Positions 26,000 to 32,710 of a stretch of DNA of 32,710 nucleotides are shown here, piece by piece. The notes beneath the pieces are model-generated. The model made no database searches. It was not told where the DNA came from and was given only the letters and a program-made list of their open reading frames with translations. How positions within the stretch are numbered: position 1 is the stretch's first letter; each line of letters begins with the position of its first letter. Source of the DNA: Candidatus Firestoneibacteriota bacterium (GTDB lineage Bacteria > Oederibacteriota > D2-FULL-39-29 > JBBTED01); assembly GCA_038042445.1 (NCBI GenBank), contig JBBTED010000011.1:1-32710 (forward strand), read 5' to 3'. A program made the position numbers and the translations under genes.

Positions 26000-27307
26000 T
26001 TATTTCACCAAAGTATAAGTGTTGATTTTTTCTTCAGGAGTTCCCCATTTTTCAAGAGCTAATTTTAATTCTTTTTTCTTTTTTGCCATAGCTTTTAATG
26101 AAATACCTTGTTGAACTGCATCAATTGCCTGATGAAAAGCTTTTGCTCCGGCAATAACTCCCAGAGGATGACCATGCACACCGCCACCTGCGCCTATTAT
26201 TAAATCATTACCTAAATCTTTAATCATTAAATCTACTAACCCGGGATGCACACCTGCTGATGGCACAGGAAAAACTCTTTTTAAATGATAAAATTTACAG
26301 GTTAATTCCTGAGCAATTCTTATAATTCTTTCTTTTACCATCAAAACTTTTCCAAAATAGCTTGGGTATACAACTATATCTGAGCCAGCAAGTCTGGCAA
26401 ATTTTCCAAGAACCAAATTTGACGAAAGCCCATAATAAGGAGAGCCAAACAATGCACCGGCAAAATCAGGATGTGTAAGCAACGGCACATTTATAGACGA
26501 ATCTTCTGCTAAAGCACTTAAAGTAGAATATTGAACAGTATAAGTATTTACCATCAAACAATTTGCGCCATTTTTTACTGCTACTTTTGCTTTTTTCATC
26601 ATCTTATCTAAATTATCAGTTATATTAAGTGCATATAAAACTTTTCGGCCAGTATCTTTGTAAACTTTCTGGCAAGCTTTCATACATTCTTCCAATCTTT
26701 CCTCAACACAACAAAAATCAGGGTCAGCCAATAATTCGTCATCTTTAATTATATCAACTCCACCTACTCCTAATTCATAAAGTAATTTCCCTAAAGTTTT
26801 TGGCGCCATTCCAACACAGGGTTTAAACATTGCAAGCAAAAGCGGACGAGTCTTTATACCCAATAATTTTCTTATCCCTTCAATGCCAAATTTTGGACCT
26901 TTATAATTTCCAACAAAAGAAGGCGGCAAGAATACATCAAGCAGTTTTATTTTGCCTGCCATAGAAATATTTCCGTATAACGCAGTTAAAAGCTGAGGGA
27001 TTTGCCCATTTAAATTTTTTGCAGGAAAAGCTAAAAGAAAAAATACTTTTCTTTCTTTCAAATCTTCTGGAAGCGCATCTTCATAATTTGGCACATCATA
27101 AACCCCTATAACCTTAGCTACATATTTTTCTCTGATTTCCTCTGTTTCTTCAGGCACAGATACCCATGTTCCAGTTGATTGCTCAAGAGCAATTGCTTCT
27201 ACTCTTTTTAAAATATCTTCTGTTTTAGTTTCCATATAATAGAGGCCAACAACATAATCTTCTCTAACTACTTCTTCAGCTATTGTAAAAATTTTTGAAT
27301 CAAGCAT
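26000..27307 (-). CDS. RuBisCO-like protein (form IV RLP)
   Basis: EQSTGTW, GPKFGIEGIR, FKP, DIIKDDE, PVPSAG, GAGGGVHGHP; AAGGAGG RBS; several carboxylase residues substituted. Confidence 0.92.
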   Translation of the reverse strand: MLDSKIFTIAEEVVREDYVVGLYYMETKTEDILKRVEAIALEQSTGTWVSVPEETEEIREKYVAKVIGVYDVPNYEDALPEDLKERKVFFLLAFPAKNLNGQIPQLLTALYGNISMAGKIKLLDVFLPPSFVGNYKGPKFGIEGIRKLLGIKTRPLLLAMFKPCVGMAPKTLGKLLYELGVGGVDIIKDDELLADPDFCCVEERLEECMKACQKVYKDTGRKVLYALNITDNLDKMMKKAKVAVKNGANCLMVNTYTVQYSTLSALAEDSSINVPLLTHPDFAGALFGSPYYGLSSNLVLGKFARLAGSDIVVYPSYFGKVLMVKERIIRIAQELTCKFYHLKRVFPVPSAGVHPGLVDLMIKDLGNDLIIGAGGGVHGHPLGVIAGAKAFHQAIDAVQQGISLKAMAKKKKELKLALEKWGTPEEKINTYTLVK

Positions 27308-27325
27308 TGTTTTCCTCCTTAATTA

Positions 27326-27368
27326 AATTCCCCCTTAATCCCCCTTTAATAAAGGGGGATGGGGGATT
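27326..27368. repeat. Family F palindrome overlapping the cstA 3' end
   Basis: aattcccccttaatccccctttaataaagggggatgggggatt, supplies SPIPLY-stop. Confidence 0.88.
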
Positions 27369-29124
27369 TAATTAATTTAATCCAAGTGGATACTGAATTT
27401 ACAGTAATAATTAATACAAGAATTATCATCAAAAAAGAAAGCCCTACATTCAAATTGCCTTGAAAACTTTTCATTGGGAGATAATTGTCAAAAATATTCA
27501 TTATACCGGCAGTTATAGTAGTTATTAACATAAAAATCATCGGAATAAGAGTAACAAGAGAATATTTCCATCCTTTTCTTCTCATGATATAAGTCGTGCC
27601 AAGAGCAAGAGCTAATGTTGCCAATAATTGATTTGCCAATCCAAACATTGGCCAGATAGTTGATATCTCACCATTATAAAGCATATATCCCCATAAAAAC
27701 GATGTTAAAGCACTTGTAAAAATTACAGCGGGAAGCCAGGTGCTACTACCCAACGGTTTATATATATATTTTGTAATATCCTGAATTATGTAACGTGCCA
27801 CTCGCGTGCCTGTATCAACAGTTGTAAGTATGAATAATGCCTCAAACATTATGACAAAATGGTACCAATATGACATTAATGTTTTCATCCCGGGAAGACT
27901 TGAAAAAATCTGTGCCATACCTACTGCAAGTGATACTGCACCTCCTGTTCTGCCTGCTAAATTTTCACCAACCATTTTTTCAAGTTCCGGAAGATTTCCT
28001 ATAGACATTCCAAGTTTGGCGAAAATTTCAGGCTTTAAATTTATTGCAAAATAATCTCCTGGAATTAAAGCACACGCTGCTATTAATGCCATTAAAGCCA
28101 CTATCCCTTCAACCAACATAGCACCATATCCAATTAACCAAATGTCAGACTCACGACTTATCATTTTAGGAGTAGTGCCAGATCCAATAAGTGAATGAAA
28201 ACCTGATATTGCACCACAGGCAATTGTTATACATACAAATGGCCAAACTTTTCCAGGAATTATCGGACCGCCGCCGGAAATAAATTGCGTTAGTGCAGGA
28301 ACTTGAAGTTTTGGATTAATAACTACTAAACCAACTGCTAACAATAAAATTGTGCCTATTTTCATATATGAACTTAAATAATCACGTGGACATAAAAGCA
28401 ACCAAACAGGTAATACAGAAGCTATAAATCCATAAACCGGAAGCATCAAAGATAATGTTGGCTTTGAAAAAATAAATAACTGCCCAAATGCTGTATGAGA
28501 AATAGGTTCTCCAAAAATAACACCAGCCATAACAATTACAACGCCAAGCACTGATGCCTCAACTATTTTGCCTGGTCTTATTTTATACATATATAACCCT
28601 ACTAACAATGCCGCAGGAATTGTAACTGCAATTGTAAAAGTAGCCCATGCACTTTCACTTAATGCATTTACAACAACCAATGCTAAACCTGATAATGCCG
28701 TAATTATTATAAATAATATTGCGAATGCTGTTGCAATTGATGTAACAGGACCTACTTCTTTTTTTGCAATATGTGTAAGTGATAACCCATCATTTCTCAC
28801 TGATATAAAAAGTATAACTACATCATGAACAGCACCACCTAATACAGCGCCAATAAGAATCCAAAGTAACCCTGGCAAATATCCAAATTGCGCTGCCAAA
28901 ACAGGGCCTACCAAAGGACCTGCTCCTGCTATAGCTGCAAAATGGTGGCCAAAAAGCACCCACTTATTTGTAGGATGATAATCTCTACCATCTCTTAAAG
29001 TATATGCAGGTGTTTTTCGGGAATCATCTATTACTAAAATTTTGGTGATTATGAATTTTGCATAAAAACGGTATGCTAATGCAAAAACCAAACTGACTGT
29101 AATAATTATGGTTAAGGCATGCAT
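27346..29124 (-). CDS. cstA: Carbon starvation protein A family transporter
   Basis: GHHFAAIAGAGPLVGP, PRDYLS, TIACGAISGFHSL, GRTGG, IWPMFGLANQLLA. Confidence 0.95.
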   Translation of the reverse strand: MHALTIIITVSLVFALAYRFYAKFIITKILVIDDSRKTPAYTLRDGRDYHPTNKWVLFGHHFAAIAGAGPLVGPVLAAQFGYLPGLLWILIGAVLGGAVHDVVILFISVRNDGLSLTHIAKKEVGPVTSIATAFAILFIIITALSGLALVVVNALSESAWATFTIAVTIPAALLVGLYMYKIRPGKIVEASVLGVVIVMAGVIFGEPISHTAFGQLFIFSKPTLSLMLPVYGFIASVLPVWLLLCPRDYLSSYMKIGTILLLAVGLVVINPKLQVPALTQFISGGGPIIPGKVWPFVCITIACGAISGFHSLIGSGTTPKMISRESDIWLIGYGAMLVEGIVALMALIAACALIPGDYFAINLKPEIFAKLGMSIGNLPELEKMVGENLAGRTGGAVSLAVGMAQIFSSLPGMKTLMSYWYHFVIMFEALFILTTVDTGTRVARYIIQDITKYIYKPLGSSTWLPAVIFTSALTSFLWGYMLYNGEISTIWPMFGLANQLLATLALALGTTYIMRRKGWKYSLVTLIPMIFMLITTITAGIMNIFDNYLPMKSFQGNLNVGLSFLMIILVLIITVNSVSTWIKLIKSPIPLY

Positions 29125-29513
29125 TTTATATATGGTTTTATTTTTTCAAAACTTTTTTCGCCTATACCCGGAACTTTTTTTATATCGTCTACTACTTTAA
29201 AATTACCAAATTTAGCTCGGTAATCTATAATTTTTTTTGCAGTCTTAGGACCTATACCAGGCAATTTATCAAATTCCTGCACTCCGGATTTATTTATATC
29301 TATTACTAAATTCTGTAGTTCATTATTATTTTCTCTTTTATCGGATTTTTTATTGGCACCTGATTCGTTTGGCTTTATAGAACTTACGTTTTCCGCTGAA
29401 ACAGAAACAATATTCAAATTGTTAGAATAGTTTTTGTAAATAAGTATACTTGCGCCAAATATTGCAGAAACAGCCAAAAACAGTATTACTTTTTGATCCT
29501 GTTTAGTAAACAT
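29112..29513 (-). CDS. comEA: ComEA family helix-hairpin-helix DNA-binding protein
   Basis: N-terminal TM, IDIN, LPGIGPKTA, VPGIGEK. Confidence 0.88.
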   Translation of the reverse strand: MFTKQDQKVILFLAVSAIFGASILIYKNYSNNLNIVSVSAENVSSIKPNESGANKKSDKRENNNELQNLVIDINKSGVQEFDKLPGIGPKTAKKIIDYRAKFGNFKVVDDIKKVPGIGEKSFEKIKPYIKCMP

Positions 29514-29514
29514 T

Positions 29515-30063
29515 TTAATTATTGTATTTATTCATTGAAGCAACAATTCCATTTGTAATAAAATAGTATATTGCTTCTTTGCTTTTTTGCAATATATCTC
29601 GGACAATCTCTAATTCAGCTTTTTTAAATTTACTTAGGACATAATCCTTAGCTTCACCATAAGGTCTTCCAATTCCAATACGAAGTCTTGAAATATCTTT
29701 TCTTTTAAGCGACACTATTATTGAATTCATCCCTTTATGACCACCTGCACTTCCATCTTTTCTAAATCTTATTTTACCCAGTGGCAAATCCATATCGTCA
29801 TATATTATAATACTATTATCTATCTCGTATTTTTGATATAGGCCCAAAACAGCTAACCCGCTTAGATTAACATATGTCTGAGGTTTAGCAAGAAGTAACT
29901 CACTTTCATTATATAAACCTTTACCTAATAAAGAATTGCAAAATTTTTTTGTAACCTGAATATTAAAATCTTTTGCAAGCTCATCTATTACTGAAAAACC
30001 AAGATTATGCCGCGTTCCAATATACTCTTTTCCGGGATTACCAAGTCCTACTATTAATTTCAC
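29515..30063 (-). CDS. pth: Peptidyl-tRNA hydrolase
   Basis: VGLGNPG, TRHNLGF, KPQTY.NLSG, GSAGGHKG, RLRIGIGRP. Confidence 0.97.
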   Translation of the reverse strand: MKLIVGLGNPGKEYIGTRHNLGFSVIDELAKDFNIQVTKKFCNSLLGKGLYNESELLLAKPQTYVNLSGLAVLGLYQKYEIDNSIIIYDDMDLPLGKIRFRKDGSAGGHKGMNSIIVSLKRKDISRLRIGIGRPYGEAKDYVLSKFKKAELEIVRDILQKSKEAIYYFITNGIVASMNKYNN

Positions 30064-30096
30064 TTCTATTTGTCGTACCCTTTAGAGCAAAGTTCT

Positions 30097-30822
30097 TCAC
30101 TTCTCTTTTTCTGGAGTTGTGGCTTTATCTTTAGCAGATTCTTTATCTTTCTTACGTTCTTCTTTTGTAACTTCTGTAGCCAAACGTCTTTCTTCACGTT
30201 CTTTTTCACCAATCACTTCAGGTTCTGTAGGTCCTGCAACTATTGGTTCTTCTTCTTTTAACTCAGTAGGTGCACTTACTGAAAGTATAGCTTCCTCTTT
30301 TTTTGCAAGAATTTCAATATCCTCTTCTAACTTAACATCACTTATATGTATAGAACCACCAATCTGCAATGAAGTAATATCTATCTTTATATTCTCAGGT
30401 ATCTTTGTAGGAAGACATTTTACACTTATTGTTCTCAAATGATATTCAAGAATGCCCCCATTTTTCACTCCTGCGGATTCACCAAAAACTTCTACAGGAA
30501 CATCAACAGTAATTTTATTCTTTAGTGAAACTTCATAAAAATCAATGTGATATATATTCCCTTTTACAGGATTATATTGGATTTCTTTCACAATTGTAGT
30601 TTTTGAAGTTCCATCATCAAATTTTACTACAATAAGTGCATTTTCTCCGGATTTAACCATTATTTTCTGGAAAGTTTTTAGATCCACAGAAAGAGGAATC
30701 GGAGATGTTTTTTCACCATATAAAATTGCAGGAATAATTCCCTGCACTCTTAATCTTCCTGCTGCATTTTTTCCTTTTTCAACTCTATTTTTGACTTCTA
30801 AAACAATTTCTTCCATAACCAC
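30097..30822 (-). CDS. rplY: 50S ribosomal protein L25 / Ctc long form
   Basis: GKNAAGRLR..G.IPAILYG, HIDFY, GVKNGG, EPEVI, charged tail; prs-rplY-pth synteny. Confidence 0.95.
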   Translation of the reverse strand: MVMEEIVLEVKNRVEKGKNAAGRLRVQGIIPAILYGEKTSPIPLSVDLKTFQKIMVKSGENALIVVKFDDGTSKTTIVKEIQYNPVKGNIYHIDFYEVSLKNKITVDVPVEVFGESAGVKNGGILEYHLRTISVKCLPTKIPENIKIDITSLQIGGSIHISDVKLEEDIEILAKKEEAILSVSAPTELKEEEPIVAGPTEPEVIGEKEREERRLATEVTKEERKKDKESAKDKATTPEKEK

Positions 30823-30829
30823 AATCCTC

Positions 30830-31756
30830 CTAATTAAAAAGTCTACTTATTGATGTTTCATTATGTATGCTTTTTATAGCCTCTGCAAACAATGGTGCTA
30901 TAGATAAAATTTTTATTTTATCGCTCATTTGTTCTTTACTCAATGGAATAGTATTGGTTACTATAACTTCACGTACAGGAGCCTTATTCAATTTTTCAAC
31001 TGCTCCTCCGCAAAGTATTGGATGAGTACAACAAGCATAAATTTCCCGTGCTCCTTTCTCTTTTAAAAAATATGCTGCTTCAACCATAGTTCCGCCTGTA
31101 GATATCATATCATCCGGCATAACGATATCTTTATCTTTTACATCGCCTATTAAATTCATTGCTTTCACTTCATGAGGACCACTTCTTCTTTTATCAACTA
31201 TTGCCAAATTACATCCCAACTTTTGTGCAAATGTTCTTGCTATTTTAACTCCACCCATATCTGTAGCAACAACTGCTAAATTTTTAATTTTCTTTTTAAG
31301 AAAATATTTTGTGATCACTGGCTCTGCAAGTAAATGATCAACTGGAATATCAAAAAAACCCTGAACCTGTGGAGCATGCAAATCCATTGTGAGTATTCTA
31401 TCTGCTCCTGCACTTGTTAAAAGATTCGCCATGAGTTTTGCAGTAACAGCAACTCTTGGCTGGTCTTTACGATCCTGCCTTGCATAACTGTAAAAAGGCA
31501 AAACTGCTGTTATTCTACGGGCAGATGCTCGTTTAAATGCATCAAGCATTATAAAAAGCTCCATAATATGTTCATTCACAGGATTAGATGTTGACTGAAT
31601 AATAAATACATCTTTTCCTCTAACATTTTCATTTATTTTCACCCATATTTCACAATCAGGAAAACGTTTTATGGATATATCAGATAATTTTCTACCAAGA
31701 TACTTTGCCACTTCCTTTGCCAATATCAAATTTGCAGTACCGGAAAATATCTTCAT
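30830..31756 (-). CDS. prs: Ribose-phosphate pyrophosphokinase
   Basis: ENVRGKDVF, YARQDRK, DLHAPQVQGFF, DDMISTGGT. Confidence 0.97.
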   Translation of the reverse strand: MKIFSGTANLILAKEVAKYLGRKLSDISIKRFPDCEIWVKINENVRGKDVFIIQSTSNPVNEHIMELFIMLDAFKRASARRITAVLPFYSYARQDRKDQPRVAVTAKLMANLLTSAGADRILTMDLHAPQVQGFFDIPVDHLLAEPVITKYFLKKKIKNLAVVATDMGGVKIARTFAQKLGCNLAIVDKRRSGPHEVKAMNLIGDVKDKDIVMPDDMISTGGTMVEAAYFLKEKGAREIYACCTHPILCGGAVEKLNKAPVREVIVTNTIPLSKEQMSDKIKILSIAPLFAEAIKSIHNETSISRLFN

Positions 31757-31795
31757 AATTAAACCTCCAATTCGTTTTGATTTACTAATTAAAGA

Positions 31796-31827
31796 ATTAT
31801 AGTAATAGATTAAAAAATTTAAGTCAA
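31796..31827 (-). promoter_or_regulatory. Putative sigma70 promoter for the prs-rplY-pth run
   Basis: Minus strand TTGACT-17 bp-TACTAT overlapping TATAAT; GGAGG RBS before prs. Confidence 0.5.
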
Positions 31828-31834
31828 TATTTTT

Positions 31835-31921
31835 TTAATGAAAAGAGCAGGAGAAATCAAGGAGGATTTTTGGAATGGTATGAAAGCAGACGAAGCTGAT
31901 AAAGGCATTCTTTTTTGCCAT
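31835..31921 (-). pseudogene. Possible 5' remnant of a TIR-like gene (28-codon ORF starting MAKKNAFISF)
   Basis: GAGGTG 6 nt before ATG 31921; first 10 codons resemble TIR-like N-termini; remainder uninformative. Confidence 0.4.
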
Positions 31922-31952
31922 GTTCTCCACCTCACTTTTTAGATTTTATATT

Positions 31953-32710
31953 TTAAGCACTTTCTCGAGTCTGATCGAGCCGCTCCCAGCCATCCTTAAA
32001 TCTTCCCACCAGAAATATCAAAAACCGCTCAAAGAAGCGTGTCAATTTATCCAAAACACTTTCGCGTTTTTTGGAACGCTCTCCTCCGGGAGAAAAACGT
32101 GATACAGGCGGCAAAACTTTGACCAGAGCAGTGCCAGTGATTGCAACACTGCCATTACGAAACGCATTCCGCACAAATTTATAGGTTTCGTCGTAATCAA
32201 GATTTTCGTGTTTAATAATTCCTTCCAGTTCCTCAATCTTTTTCTTCTCCACATACTTCTGCCAGTCTTCATCCACCACAGAATGGATATCAAGCGAAGC
32301 GATAAACTGGTTAATAAGATCTTTTTTGTTACGCAGCTCAACGCTTGAATCAATTGCCTTGTTGATATCGACAAGCAGTTCGCGGTTCTTGATGTGGTCT
32401 TCGTGGTACTTTTTAACAAGCCCTAAAATATAATCAATATTGATCTCAATCTGTTTAATGAGCTCCATTTCAAACACGATATCATCATTGATATTTTCCT
32501 TTTCGCCGTCGCCTGCCTTTCGAAACTCGTTATAGAGGTCTATGTAGATACTGTGATAATCCTGAATGTCCCGCTCGGTTAAAATTTCGTTACCGTTAAA
32601 TTCGTCAAAAGTAACCAAAATATTTCTCACACGTAAAATCGCGCCGTAGAGCCTAATGAAATCTTTTTGATTTTGTTCCCCGATAATTCGCTCGCCAACG
32701 GGAAATTTTG
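31953..32710 (-). CDS. hsdR: Type I restriction endonuclease subunit R, C-terminal part (frame open to the window edge)
   Basis: KFPVGERIIGEQNQKDFIRLYGAILRVRNILVTFDEF, QDY.S.Y.DLY, NDDIVFEMELIKQIEINIDYIL, LRNKKDLI, LPPVSRF. Confidence 0.88.
   Translation of the reverse strand, partial: KFPVGERIIGEQNQKDFIRLYGAILRVRNILVTFDEFNGNEILTERDIQDYHSIYIDLYNEFRKAGDGEKENINDDIVFEMELIKQIEINIDYILGLVKKYHEDHIKNRELLVDINKAIDSSVELRNKKDLINQFIASLDIHSVVDEDWQKYVEKKKIEELEGIIKHENLDYDETYKFVRNAFRNGSVAITGTALVKVLPPVSRFSPGGERSKKRESVLDKLTRFFERFLIFLVGRFKDGWERLDQTRESA

Noticed and set aside
26000..27307. True RuBisCO and CO2 fixation
   Set aside because: K177, R295 and H327 equivalents are substituted; no prk, cbbS or AMP-pathway genes nearby
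1204..27368. Repeats as a CRISPR array
   Set aside because: Units are dispersed or in inverted doublets, with no regular repeat-spacer period and no cas genes
104..30442. Numerous plus-strand ORFs of 60-203 aa in the ORF track, for example 5345..5956 and 22355..22675
   Set aside because: Antisense shadows of well-supported minus-strand genes, with no recognisable motifs
31920..32419. ORFs 31920..32102 (+) and 32042..32419 (-)
   Set aside because: Overlap hsdR in other frames with no family features

Overview
AT-rich bacterial chromosomal window, probably from a diderm lineage (PorV/PorQ-like barrels, T9SS-like C-terminal domains). Almost all genes lie on the minus strand. Two housekeeping blocks (wecB, M16 peptidase pair, DJ-1/PfpI, tlyA-dxs-ispA-xseB on the left; prs-rplY-pth-comEA-cstA on the right) flank a cell-surface block: GT2, two PorV/PorQ-like genes, two sorting-domain proteins, three GT-C-like membrane glycosyltransferases, a methyltransferase and an exported HxH tail-fibre-like protein. 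The window also holds a GGDEF cyclase, tRNA-Arg(TCG), a broken RelE-type TA pair and the 3' end of a type I R-M hsdR. Two things stand out. (1) Many short REP-like palindromes from several distinct families, plus a REP-associated tyrosine transposase (RAYT). The palindromes sit at most gene junctions, are translated in frame inside several proteins including the RAYT, nest inside each other, and bracket the fibre-like gene as inverted doublets. (2) A form IV RuBisCO-like protein with an atypical active-site residue set, separated by 1 nt from a LeuA/homocitrate-synthase-like DRE-TIM enzyme and downstream of cstA, suggesting an uncharacterised pathway. All calls come from reading motifs by eye; no searches were run. 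Family letters A-I are my own labels.
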